Below the pieces are notes generated by a model. That model had not been told where the DNA came from and did no database searches. It saw only the letters and a list, made by a program, of their open reading frames with translations. DNA of 46,899 bases, taken from the IMG/VR virus record IMGVR_UViG_3300028549_000214; one strand, 5' to 3'. The DNA comes from a virus. A program made the position numbers and the translations under genes. Shown in pieces: positions 21,513-30,650 of the stretch; the stretch's first letter is position 1; the number at the start of each line of letters is the position of its first letter.

Positions 21513-23246
21513 ATGACTGATAACGTAACGGCTAATCCATCGGAAGGTGGTGCGACATTTAAAACAGATGAGGTTGCGGGTGTTCATACTCCGATAAGTA
21601 AGATAGCTTTTGGCGTAGATGGCGTTATCACTACCGTTGATGGTAGCAATCCTCTTCCTGTTATATCATCCGGCGAAGTCTCTCTTGATGCATCCACACT
21701 AGCGGCACTTGAGACAGTTCAAGTCGGTAACTTTCCGGCCACACAGCCAGTAAGTGGAACGGTAACAGCTAATACTGGACTAAGCCAGCCAGTCACAGAC
21801 GCGCAGCTCAGGGCCACGCCTGTACCAGTTAGCGGAACTGTTTCTACTGGTGGTCTAACCGATACCCAATTACGGGCAAGTGCTATTCCTGTTTCTGGTA
21901 CAGTAACAGCCAACACTGGATTAACTCAACCACTTACGGACACACAGCTTCGCGCCAATGCCCTTAACACTAAAGCAGAACCACCCATGCGTTACAAGTG
22001 GGGCTTTGCTAAAAGTATGACTGGTGTTGATCCAACACGTGCCACAGTCATACAGACGGGTACAGGGATGGCAGTTAATCAGTCCGGTGGTAAGCTAGTT
22101 TTAACGACAGGAATAACTGCATATTCTGAAACAGTTATCCGCACAACTGACACATTTATGGGGCAGTTTAATTTTTGGTATAAACTGATACTGTCACAGC
22201 GTATTGCCAACAACAATTTTGTTATAGAACTAACAGATGTAATTGGGGATAACTTACCACTTACAATAAACAGCGCGACCAGCATAACGGTTGGCAAAAC
22301 AGCACACGGCTTTACCTCTGAAAACGTAGGTCAAGGCATGTGGGTTGGTATGGTATCCGTAGCCAGCTGCTTGACACAGAGGGCAGTTATAGCAAGCGTG
22401 ACAGATGATACCATAACGCTTACTGTGGTAGGATTTGCATCTAGTGGCACTGGTACTTGCAGCTTATTTGGTTATAATTATCATCAAGTAATATACAACG
22501 GCACAAGCGCGACTGTAATTGGTGGTGGGTATCAGGTGCAGCGTCAAGGGTGGCCATCACTCCTTACATCAGCAACAATAAACACAACTGCAACTGGTCA
22601 TGTTGGTATTATTGAATCGACAAGAGGAAACGATTCTACATTTATGGATCGTTTGGTCACGGCTGGAACTGGGTTGACCACGACTCGATTAGGTACTAGC
22701 GAATGCGTCCCTGATGATGACGTCCCTATGTTTATACAGATTAGGGCTTATAATGGTACAGTTGCTCCAGCAACAACTACAACAATGTCACTAGGTTACC
22801 TATATTTTGCTTCGTTTGAGCCTCATCTTGTTAATATAACGGGTGTTAACCCGATAGGATCTAAAAACCCATTGACTGTTACGTTAAGTAGTACGTCAGT
22901 ATCAGCGACAACAACTCTTTCTAGTGCTGCACCGACGATATATTCAGACACAACGACGAACTTAGGGGCAGGAGCAACATATACAGGAACTTCAAGAGAT
23001 GCGGCTTCGACGAATACCATGAGGCATTTTACAGCGCACTTCTATTCTGACAAAGCAGGAACGTCTTATATACAAAACTCAATAGATGCAACTAACTGGG
23101 TTATAGTTGCAAAGGCTACGTTAACAGCGTTGGAGCCTGTTACAATGAGTGTTGACGTTATGGCTCGTTATCATCGTGTTTTGCATATTAACGGAGTAGA
23201 CGCGCAAGGTTCATTCGCAATTCGATCATCATATCAAAGGGTTTAA
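21513..23246 (+). CDS. Fibre-like / receptor-binding-like structural protein with a triplicated N-terminal repeat (function unknown)
   Basis: 577 aa with a GGAGG SD; rich in Thr, Gly and Val. Three copies of PVSGTV(T/S)..LTDxQLRA lie at aa 74-148. The C-terminus looks like a beta-sandwich (YTGTSRD..HFYSDKAGTSYIQNSIDATNW). Confidence 0.45.
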   Translation: MTDNVTANPSEGGATFKTDEVAGVHTPISKIAFGVDGVITTVDGSNPLPVISSGEVSLDASTLAALETVQVGNFPATQPVSGTVTANTGLSQPVTDAQLRATPVPVSGTVSTGGLTDTQLRASAIPVSGTVTANTGLTQPLTDTQLRANALNTKAEPPMRYKWGFAKSMTGVDPTRATVIQTGTGMAVNQSGGKLVLTTGITAYSETVIRTTDTFMGQFNFWYKLILSQRIANNNFVIELTDVIGDNLPLTINSATSITVGKTAHGFTSENVGQGMWVGMVSVASCLTQRAVIASVTDDTITLTVVGFASSGTGTCSLFGYNYHQVIYNGTSATVIGGGYQVQRQGWPSLLTSATINTTATGHVGIIESTRGNDSTFMDRLVTAGTGLTTTRLGTSECVPDDDVPMFIQIRAYNGTVAPATTTTMSLGYLYFASFEPHLVNITGVNPIGSKNPLTVTLSSTSVSATTTLSSAAPTIYSDTTTNLGAGATYTGTSRDAASTNTMRHFTAHFYSDKAGTSYIQNSIDATNWVIVAKATLTALEPVTMSVDVMARYHRVLHINGVDAQGSFAIRSSYQRV

Positions 23247-23247
23247 A

Positions 23248-23370
23248 ATGTTTAATCAGGCAATAGCATACATAACCGATGAAGAAGGAATTGTTTATCA
23301 AGTTTTAAATGAAGATGGCACTGACTGGGATGAAATTGCTACACGCGCATTGTACGAGAGACTTCAATGA
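23248..23370 (+). CDS. Hypothetical 40-aa protein, below the ORF-track cutoff
   Basis: Hand translation: MFNQAIAYITDEEGIVYQVLNEDGTDWDEIATRALYERLQ. The start lies 1 nt after the upstream stop, with an ATGA overlap to the next gene. Confidence 0.4.
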   Translation: MFNQAIAYITDEEGIVYQVLNEDGTDWDEIATRALYERLQ

Positions 23371-23615
23371 TTTTAACTCACCTAATATTTTTCTTTTTCG
23401 ACAAAATACTAGATAAAATTGGAAAAGCAATATCATTAGATGTTTCAAAATTTAATGCCATTGCATCAAACTCAATTGTTTTTAGATCTGAATGCTTTGA
23501 TAAATCTATTTTAATATCAACACAATTAGATGATAATGCATTTAACATTTATTGCTCAGATCAACATAATTTTATATCAGAGGTAAAGGATGACCAACTC
23601 ATATCTAATTGGTAA
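23367..23615 (+). CDS. Hypothetical protein
   Basis: 82-aa ORF within the operon. Confidence 0.45.
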   Translation: MILTHLIFFFFDKILDKIGKAISLDVSKFNAIASNSIVFRSECFDKSILISTQLDDNAFNIYCSDQHNFISEVKDDQLISNW

Positions 23616-23862
23616 CCAAGTAAGGCTTTCAGTTTCATTTAAAGATTATAATGGAATTCTTGCAGATCCAACTAATGTTGTTTTAAAGATAAAAAAGCCA
23701 GAAGGAACAACGGAAATGATAACACCAACAAAAGATGTAATTGGTAAATATCATTATGATTACGAACCATTGAAAGTTGGTGAATATTGCTATAGGTTTG
23801 AGGCAACGGGTGCTGTAGTTGCAGCTTCACAAGAAAAGTTTATGGTCACAGGAAAATGCTAA
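23590..23862 (+). CDS. Hypothetical small beta-sandwich-like protein
   Basis: 90 aa with a GAGG SD; beta-rich, GKYHYDYEPLKVGEYCYRFEATG. Confidence 0.5.
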   Translation: MTNSYLIGNQVRLSVSFKDYNGILADPTNVVLKIKKPEGTTEMITPTKDVIGKYHYDYEPLKVGEYCYRFEATGAVVAASQEKFMVTGKC

Positions 23863-24272
23863 CAAATAAACAAAAAACATTTATTCAGGAATATTTGATT
23901 GATCTCAATTCTGCTAAAGCAGCTGTTCGCGCTGGTTATTCAGTAAAAACAGCAGCTCAGAAAGGAAGTTTTTTGTTAACTGTTCCAGATATTAATAATG
24001 CAATTCAAATTGAAATGGATAAACGCTCAGAAAAAACAGGCATAACAGCCGCATTTGTTTTGGAAGGAATTAAGCGTGTCGTGGATCGTTGCGAACAGGC
24101 CGAGCCTGTTTTAGACCGTGATGGAAATCCAACAGGAGAATATACATTCCAAGCCACGGCAGCACTCAAGGGATATGAGCTTTTAGGAAAGCATCTTAAG
24201 CTTTTCACGGATAAGATTGAACACTCAGGTGATATTGGTTTTAGTTTAAACGTGATAGATGACACAGAATGA
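23856..24272 (+). CDS. terS: Terminase small subunit (Terminase_2 / P27 family)
   Basis: MLTNKQKTFIQEYLIDLNSAKAAVRAGYSVKTAAQKGSFLL matches the family signature. Confidence 0.85.
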   Translation: MLTNKQKTFIQEYLIDLNSAKAAVRAGYSVKTAAQKGSFLLTVPDINNAIQIEMDKRSEKTGITAAFVLEGIKRVVDRCEQAEPVLDRDGNPTGEYTFQATAALKGYELLGKHLKLFTDKIEHSGDIGFSLNVIDDTE

Positions 24273-25545
24273 AGTCACAGTACGGCTTTCAGACCTCATA
24301 GCACCTTCTTTCTTTTCTGTTCATCAACAGATAAAACGAAAAGAATATGATGAGGTTATGCTTAAGGGTGGCCGTGGATCGACTAAATCATCATTCGCGG
24401 CAATAGAAATAATATTAGGCGTTCTTGGTGATAAAAACGCCAATGCCGTTGTTTTACGAAAATACGGCAACACAATCCGAGATAGTGTTCATAATACACT
24501 TCTTTGGGCAATAGATTGCCTATTAGTTGGCCATTTATTTAAATCCACACATTCACCAGCTGAATTGACATTCTTGCCAACTGGACAGAAAATTATAATG
24601 CGCGGACTAGATGATCCGCAAAAGCTGAAATCAATCAAAGTTAGGCGTGGATATATAAAATATCTATGGTTTGAAGAAGCCGATGAATATAACGGCATGG
24701 CTGAAATCCGTAATGTTCAACAATCCGTCCTTCGCGGAGGTAAATCATATCTTGTTTTTATATCTTATAATCCTCCAAACGATCCGAATGCTTGGGTCAA
24801 TAAAGAAAGTAAAATAGAGAAAAAAGGCCGTTTGGTTCATGAAAGCAATTATCTTGATGTTAATCCTGATTGGCTTGGTAGTCGTTTCTTGGATGATGCA
24901 AACCATCTAAAACAAGTCGATCAAATGGCATATGACCATGAATATATGGGTCTTGCAGTTGGTAAATCGGATAGAATTGTCTTTCATGGAAAATGGGAGG
25001 TTAAAGAGTTTTCAACTCCATCACTTGATGAAATACTCATGGGTCGCCGTTATAGAGGGGCGGACTGGGGGTTTGCTAATGATCCCACAACGATGATTGA
25101 TTGCTTCGTTAAGCAAGAAGGAATGTTTAGAGATTTATATATTGAATATGAAGTTGGTGGAGTTGGAGTTGAAAACGATGAAATACCACAATTATTTAAT
25201 GCAATTCCAGAGGCACAACGATGGATGATTTATGCGGATTGCTCAAGACCTGAAACAATTAGCCATGTCAAAAACCGTGGTTTCCGTATCGAGGGTTGCG
25301 AGAAGTGGACTGGATCAATCGAGGATGGAATAGCCACGATGAAGTCATTCAGGCGCATTTATGTTCATCCAAGATGCACCCATACCATTGAAGAATTAAA
25401 ATATTATCAATATAGGGTTGATAAAATAACTCAAGAAGTTCTTCCAGTTATTAAGACATTACAGCAAGACCATTACATTGATGCCATACGATATGCCATA
25501 GGCCCATTAATTAAGCGTAAGGTTAACAGTTTCGATATTGTATAA
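24259..25545 (+). CDS. terL: Terminase large subunit (Terminase_3 / PBSX family)
   Basis: Walker A GGRGSTKS, Walker B LWFEEADE, a C-terminal nuclease region (ADWGF..DP) and its size and position. Confidence 0.9.
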   Translation: MTQNEVTVRLSDLIAPSFFSVHQQIKRKEYDEVMLKGGRGSTKSSFAAIEIILGVLGDKNANAVVLRKYGNTIRDSVHNTLLWAIDCLLVGHLFKSTHSPAELTFLPTGQKIIMRGLDDPQKLKSIKVRRGYIKYLWFEEADEYNGMAEIRNVQQSVLRGGKSYLVFISYNPPNDPNAWVNKESKIEKKGRLVHESNYLDVNPDWLGSRFLDDANHLKQVDQMAYDHEYMGLAVGKSDRIVFHGKWEVKEFSTPSLDEILMGRRYRGADWGFANDPTTMIDCFVKQEGMFRDLYIEYEVGGVGVENDEIPQLFNAIPEAQRWMIYADCSRPETISHVKNRGFRIEGCEKWTGSIEDGIATMKSFRRIYVHPRCTHTIEELKYYQYRVDKITQEVLPVIKTLQQDHYIDAIRYAIGPLIKRKVNSFDIV

Positions 25546-25602
25546 CAAAAGTTAATATGTTAATATCCCGTTCGGCGGGTTGCAAAAAGGATATTTAAAA
25601 AC

Positions 25603-26964
25603 ATGGACGATTTTAATAAAAGTTTAACAGAAGCCGAAATTAGCAACTCGCTAACTACTCTAATCGACGGAATAACCACAGGCCAAGGGACGCAAGTTTC
25701 TCAAGTAGATACGCTATTTATTAATCAAAGATGGTATTTAATTTCAAATTACCGTCAATTACTTTCACAGTTATATACTGAACATGGTATTGTTCAAACC
25801 CTCATAGACCAGCCAGTTGAAGATGGTTTTAGGGCTGGCTTTGATATTAAAACAGAAATGCTTGATGGCGATGACATCGAGAAAGTCATCGTTTATTTGG
25901 AGCGAAATAAAGTCATTCAATCCATTATCACAGCTGCTAAGTGGTCGCGTTTGTTTGGCGGTGGGGCCATTCTTATTCTTACTGATCAAGACCCTACACA
26001 GCCGCTAAACATTAAGATGATTGGTGAAAAGGATCAATTAGAGTTTAGATCTGTTGATATGTGGGAATTATTTCATTCAGAACAAAACGTGCAGAATGTT
26101 CCTGAAGTTGGTAAAAAGCTAGGCGCAGAGCTTGGCGATTTCTATGATTATTATGGCCATAAAATACATAAAAGCCGTGTAATGCGTATTGAAGGAAAAG
26201 AGCCGCCTTCATTCGTTCGTCCACGTTTGCGTGGATGGGGTATGTCGGAGGTTGAAAAACTTGTACGATCATTAAACCAATACATGAAAAATCAAAACGT
26301 CATCTTTGATTTGCTGGACGAGGCAAAAGTAGATGTTTATAAAATGGATGGCCTAAATGACAACCTATTCACCGCAGATGGAACGAAGAAAGTTACAACA
26401 CGCATTCAGCACGCAAATACGCTGAAGAATTATAATAATGCCATAACTCTTGATGCAAAAGATGATTATATCCAGAAGCAAATCAATTTCACTGGCCTTG
26501 CTGAAGTCCTTACACAAATACGTCAGGGAATTGCCGCCGATTTAAAGATGCCAATGACAAAGCTATTCGGCATTAGCGCGGCTGGATTTAATTCCGGAGA
26601 AGATGACATCGAAAACTACAACTCTATGATTGAAAGCGAAATACGATCCAAGATTAAATATATCGTTGCAGATGTTGTTTGTATCGTTTGCCAAAAGCTT
26701 TTTGGTGTAATTCCTGATGATTTGATTATAAACTTTAAACCGCTTCGCATCTTATCGGCCAAAGAAGAAGAAGAAGTTAAAGAGAAAAAGTTTAATCGTG
26801 TTATGTCGGCATTTCAGTCAGGCCTTGCCAGCGCACAAGAGGCCAAGGAAAGCATTAACCGCGACAGCCTGTTGCCTTGTGAGGTTGACGAAACAAGCGA
26901 AGCCCTACCCCCTGTTAACGGTGATTTTACCGTAAGCGATGGTGGTAAGAATGAAAACTCTTGA
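25603..26964 (+). CDS. Portal protein (DUF1073 family)
   Basis: 453 aa directly after TerL. YRQLLSQLYTEHGIVQTLIDQPVEDGFRAGFDI fits the DUF1073 N-terminal pattern. Confidence 0.8.
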   Translation: MDDFNKSLTEAEISNSLTTLIDGITTGQGTQVSQVDTLFINQRWYLISNYRQLLSQLYTEHGIVQTLIDQPVEDGFRAGFDIKTEMLDGDDIEKVIVYLERNKVIQSIITAAKWSRLFGGGAILILTDQDPTQPLNIKMIGEKDQLEFRSVDMWELFHSEQNVQNVPEVGKKLGAELGDFYDYYGHKIHKSRVMRIEGKEPPSFVRPRLRGWGMSEVEKLVRSLNQYMKNQNVIFDLLDEAKVDVYKMDGLNDNLFTADGTKKVTTRIQHANTLKNYNNAITLDAKDDYIQKQINFTGLAEVLTQIRQGIAADLKMPMTKLFGISAAGFNSGEDDIENYNSMIESEIRSKIKYIVADVVCIVCQKLFGVIPDDLIINFKPLRILSAKEEEEVKEKKFNRVMSAFQSGLASAQEAKESINRDSLLPCEVDETSEALPPVNGDFTVSDGGKNENS

Positions 26965-27892
26965 TCCACTGGTTTTAAAAGAGCGGTATTATACCAGCGT
27001 GGAACGCGAGATTAACCGCATTCTTGACGAAGTTCTTTTTGTGCCGCTTGCTTTGGTTCTTGGCATAAAGAAAAAGCAAATCACAAATGCTAAAGACCCG
27101 TTGGCCGAGGCCGTTCAATCTGGCCGTGTGTATTTCGAAAATGGTTCTTTTCGTGGTGATTTTAACGCAAAGATAAGCAAGAGACTGCAAGATATTGGTG
27201 CAACTTACAACAAAACAATCAAAGGCTGGAAGTATGACGGGGCCTTGCCGCCTGAAATTAGCATTGCCAATGCGCAAGCCAGTGCGAGATTTAGCCAGTT
27301 ACGAAAAGATTTCATTCAGACGCTAGATGATGTTGATATCGAAAGCATAAGCCGCATTTCTCAAATCCCCGATGCTTATGACCAAACAATCACATGGATG
27401 AATGACGACTTCATAAAGACCGCCAAAGCCATATCAGTTGAGCCACAAATCACGCAAGCCATGCGTGGTATTATTACAGCCGAATGGTCACAAAACCTTG
27501 ATCTTTACGTCAAGGACTGGGCGCAAGAAACAATCACCAAAATGCGCGATCAAGTTGAAAAGCACGTCATGGAAGGTGGCCGCGCACAAGGACTTGAAAG
27601 CCTATTCATGCAAAAATATGGCGTTTCTCGGCATAAGGCTAAGTTTCTGGCACGTCAAGAAACTGGCCTATTGATGGCTAAGTTTCATGAAAGCCGATGC
27701 CGTGATATCGGCATAACGGACTATATCTGGTCGGCTTCAATGGATGAACGCACACGCGATGACCACAAAGATTTAAACGGCAAGCGGTTTAGCTTTTCTG
27801 CCCCGCCTATTGCCGACAAAAGAACTGGCACCCGCGCCAATCCATCGGAATATTTCGGATGCCGATGTGTGGCTCGTCCAATTGTTGAATAA
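26951..27892 (+). CDS. Head morphogenesis protein (Mu F / SPP1 gp7 family)
   Basis: YIWSASMDERTRDDHKDLNGKRF and the C-terminal GCRCVARP are typical of Phage_Mu_F. The start could instead be 26939. Confidence 0.8.
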   Translation: MKTLDPLVLKERYYTSVEREINRILDEVLFVPLALVLGIKKKQITNAKDPLAEAVQSGRVYFENGSFRGDFNAKISKRLQDIGATYNKTIKGWKYDGALPPEISIANAQASARFSQLRKDFIQTLDDVDIESISRISQIPDAYDQTITWMNDDFIKTAKAISVEPQITQAMRGIITAEWSQNLDLYVKDWAQETITKMRDQVEKHVMEGGRAQGLESLFMQKYGVSRHKAKFLARQETGLLMAKFHESRCRDIGITDYIWSASMDERTRDDHKDLNGKRFSFSAPPIADKRTGTRANPSEYFGCRCVARPIVE

Positions 27893-28047
27893 GCTTGACA
27901 GGTTTTTTGTGGGTTGGTAGGTTGTGGTTGTGGGGCGAGTTGTGACTTCGTTGAAAAACACGCATCGTCACGTTTAAATTGTCGGAATGAAAATAACACG
28001 ACAGCAACAAACCCCATAATTATCTATCCGAACAACAGGGGAATGAA

Positions 28048-28413
28048 ATGACCCGCATTAATGTCGTCCCACCATCGGAGCTTTGTGACAAGCACTTGCT
28101 TGCTGAATATCGTGAGCTGCCTCGCGTGTTTGCTTTGGCTCGGCCATGCCCAGACGCGCCCAAGGAATACGTCCTCGGCGCAGGTCATGTGAAGTTTTTC
28201 TATGATAAGCTGGGATTTCTTAGCCACAGGTTTTTCGAGATTGTCGAAGAGTGCTACATCCGAGGCTTCAACATAGAACACTTTGTCCCTCCCCTCGCAC
28301 ACAGCGACGAGGCCATTATGCTTTATGGGGAATATAACCCGACACCAGAAGCCTTGTCCCTCAATCGCGCACGCATCGCCGAGCGTATCAGCCAGTTTAA
28401 GAGGAAACCATGA
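28048..28413 (+). CDS. denV: Pyrimidine-dimer DNA glycosylase (T4 endonuclease V family)
   Basis: MTRINVVPPSELCDKHLLAEYRELPRVF is near-identical in pattern to the DenV N-terminus. AGGGG SD. Visibly GC-rich relative to its flanks. Confidence 0.85.
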   Translation: MTRINVVPPSELCDKHLLAEYRELPRVFALARPCPDAPKEYVLGAGHVKFFYDKLGFLSHRFFEIVEECYIRGFNIEHFVPPLAHSDEAIMLYGEYNPTPEALSLNRARIAERISQFKRKP

Positions 28414-28658
28414 AAACATATATCAACCAAGTAAACGACTATAAAACAAATGATGGGTCTTTCTTTTGCCCTTTATGGTCATTCCTATTTGGAGGCCTGT
28501 ATTTTGCCATTAGAGGAAATTGGGGATGGTTTTTCATCTGGCCAATTCTTATTATATCAACATTTGGTATTGCTTGCTTTATTCTTCCATTTTTCACAAG
28601 AAAGATTAACAGAACTCATCTGCTTCGTAATGGGTATAAAGAATTAACAATAGGTTAA
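28410..28658 (+). CDS. Small membrane protein (DUF2628-like)
   Basis: 82 aa with an ATGA overlap to denV. FFCPLWSFLFGGLYFAIRGNWGWFFIWPILII resembles DUF2628. Confidence 0.55.
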   Translation: MKTYINQVNDYKTNDGSFFCPLWSFLFGGLYFAIRGNWGWFFIWPILIISTFGIACFILPFFTRKINRTHLLRNGYKELTIG

Positions 28659-28667
28659 AATAATTGT

Positions 28668-28696
28668 TTGACAATCATTAACGGTTAATATATTAT
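28668..28696 (+). promoter_or_regulatory. Near-consensus sigma70-type promoter with a palindromic spacer, upstream of the scaffold/capsid genes
   Basis: TTGACA (28668..28673), a 17-nt spacer, then TATTAT (28691..28696). The spacer contains the palindrome ATTAAC-G-GTTAAT (28677..28689). Confidence 0.55.
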
Positions 28697-28725
28697 TTGC
28701 GAAACTATTAATTTAGGGTCGCATT

Positions 28726-29775
28726 TTGACTGAAATCTTTAAAAAAGAAGATATTAAAAACGCAAAGCAATTCCCAAAGTGTTTCTATGTAAAGCATATG
28801 GAAACTGGCCTCGCTGGCTATGCCGATGAAACAATCCTAATTGATACCGATAACCTGAAATCAATGATCCCTACATTCGTGGGGAAGCCTGTCTATGTAC
28901 GTCATCAAGACGTTGATCTTGAAACAATGAAGGAACAGGCCTGCGGTTACGTCACAGATAGCTTCTATAATGAATTAGATGGCTGGCTCTGGGCTAAAAT
29001 CTTAATCACGGATGATGATGGCTTTCTTGCTATTGCGAACGGGTGGAGTGTTTCTAATGCTTATGTACCCACGGAATGGGGAGCAGGGGGAACCCATCAT
29101 AATTGCCCGTATGACCGTAAAATCATAGGAGGTGAGTTTACTCATTTAGCAATAGTCCCCGATCCACGATATGAAGAAGCAAAGATTTACACACCTGATG
29201 AATATAAAGCTTATCAAGAGGATAAGAAAAAGAAATTAGAAGAAGTCCACAACAGTAAATCAGAAGGGAAGAAAATGTTTAAGTTTTTCAAAAACACCAA
29301 AGAAGAGGTTGCTTCGGTTGACGAGGAAACAATGGTCGAGCTTCAAAACGGCAAGTCCGTATCGGTTGGCGAGATGATTAACGCCATGAAGAAAAACGCA
29401 GAAGACGAAGCCGAAGCCAAGAAAAAGGCCGATGAAGAAGAAAAGTCCAAGGAAAATGCCGAAGATCAAGAAGTTCAAGTTGGCGAAGATAAAATGCCAC
29501 TTAAGGAATTGATCAACAAATATATGTCTTTGACCAATAAGAAAAATGCTGAAGGCGAAGATAAAAAAGAAGTTGACGAAGATAAGAAGGAAAACTCGGA
29601 AGATAAAGACGAAGATGACAAAAAAGAAGATAAAGAATCCAAAGAAAACTCTAAAGAGGTCGATCATTTTGAAGAGCTTCGTAATGCTCACATGAAATAT
29701 TCGCCACAGATTAACGCAACTATCGAAACTCCAATGGATCAAACCGCTCGCGGTAAGACCCGTTATGGCTCTTAA
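28726..29775 (+). CDS. Prohead protease/scaffolding protein (DUF2213 N-terminal domain plus acidic low-complexity C-terminus)
   Basis: TTG start. FVGKPVYVRHQ..GYV..DGWLWAKILI..GWSVSNAYVP..FTHLAIVPDPRYEEAKI fits DUF2213. The C-terminal 170 aa are K/E/D-rich. Confidence 0.65.
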   Translation: MTEIFKKEDIKNAKQFPKCFYVKHMETGLAGYADETILIDTDNLKSMIPTFVGKPVYVRHQDVDLETMKEQACGYVTDSFYNELDGWLWAKILITDDDGFLAIANGWSVSNAYVPTEWGAGGTHHNCPYDRKIIGGEFTHLAIVPDPRYEEAKIYTPDEYKAYQEDKKKKLEEVHNSKSEGKKMFKFFKNTKEEVASVDEETMVELQNGKSVSVGEMINAMKKNAEDEAEAKKKADEEEKSKENAEDQEVQVGEDKMPLKELINKYMSLTNKKNAEGEDKKEVDEDKKENSEDKDEDDKKEDKESKENSKEVDHFEELRNAHMKYSPQINATIETPMDQTARGKTRYGS

Positions 29776-29800
29776 TTAAATAACGAAAGGAATATTTACT

Positions 29801-30625
29801 ATGGTCGATATTAATCAATTTACTCTATCTACAGTTCAAGGTGCTCTTGATCTTCAAATCCATTCTTCGGTTGTTTCTTGCACCGTTGATGCCGCTGAAA
29901 CAACTTCTCTTGTTGCTGGTCAAGCCGTTAAGCTTGCCACGACTGGCGGCGGGACACCAAAGGTTCTAGCTTGCACAGCCGCAACAGATAAGGTTTTTGG
30001 CTTTGTTGTTCGTAACCTAAAGGACGTTAGCCGTTCCGCTGGTGAAAGCCTTGAGATCGCGATGGCTGGATCTGTCATGTATATGACGGCTGGCGCGGCT
30101 GTAACGGCTGGCGCATATGTTGAGTTGGTTTATGCCACAAACAAGGTTATTGCTTCTGCTGGTGCAAATCCAATCGTTGGTATGGCCATTGATAAGGCAA
30201 CGGCTGACACTGATTTAATCCGTGTCTTGGTTATGAATGCAGATGCGGTTGCAGTTGGTCAATTGCAGTCAATAACGGTTACGGCAACTTTGGCTGAAAT
30301 CAATGCGGGTAAGACGATTATTCCTGCGGTTGCTGGCAAGTCGATCAAGGTAACTGATTACATTATGCGCGTTGCTGGCGGCTTTGCGGCCACGACAAGC
30401 GTTGATTTACAATCCAGCAATGGCACACCTGTTAAGGTTGCGGTTGCAGCGGTTGCGGCTCTTACTAATGGCGCGGTTATCGTTCCCCCAACGACTAACG
30501 TAACGCTTGGTGCTGGTTTCGGTGTTGCTCTCGGTTCTGGTGATGCCTTGGTTGTTGCAAATGTTGGTACAGCGGCAACGACTGGTACATCTATCGTTTA
30601 CACAATCACATACGCAATCGTTTAA
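29801..30625 (+). CDS. Head decoration-like protein (DUF2190-like N-terminal half)
   Basis: AGQAVKL..KVFGFVVRN..GESLEIAMAGSVMYMTA..AGAYVEL..IVGMAIDKA..DLIRVLV fits DUF2190. It lies between the scaffold and capsid genes. Confidence 0.55.
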   Translation: MVDINQFTLSTVQGALDLQIHSSVVSCTVDAAETTSLVAGQAVKLATTGGGTPKVLACTAATDKVFGFVVRNLKDVSRSAGESLEIAMAGSVMYMTAGAAVTAGAYVELVYATNKVIASAGANPIVGMAIDKATADTDLIRVLVMNADAVAVGQLQSITVTATLAEINAGKTIIPAVAGKSIKVTDYIMRVAGGFAATTSVDLQSSNGTPVKVAVAAVAALTNGAVIVPPTTNVTLGAGFGVALGSGDALVVANVGTAATTGTSIVYTITYAIV

Positions 30626-30650
30626 TTAATATAAGGGAAGGAATAATATT

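Noticed and set aside
21732-21956. Diversity-generating retroelement target or template in the triplicated repeat of the 577-aa protein
   Set aside because: No reverse transcriptase exists anywhere in the genome. The three repeats are diverged at many positions, not only at adenines.
27721-28017. Three overlapping minus-strand ORFs of 62-98 aa
   Set aside because: They are antisense to the 3' end of the Mu-F-like gene and the G/T-rich spacer. They have no SD, overlap one another, and their composition is low-complexity.
28024-28419. 131-aa minus-strand ORF
   Set aside because: It is antisense to the confidently identified denV gene in a GC-rich segment, where spurious long ORFs are expected.
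29260-29742. 160-aa minus-strand ORF rich in Phe, Ile and Leu
   Set aside because: It is the antisense reading of the K/E/D-rich low-complexity tail of the scaffold protein: GAA/AAA repeats read as TTC/TTT.
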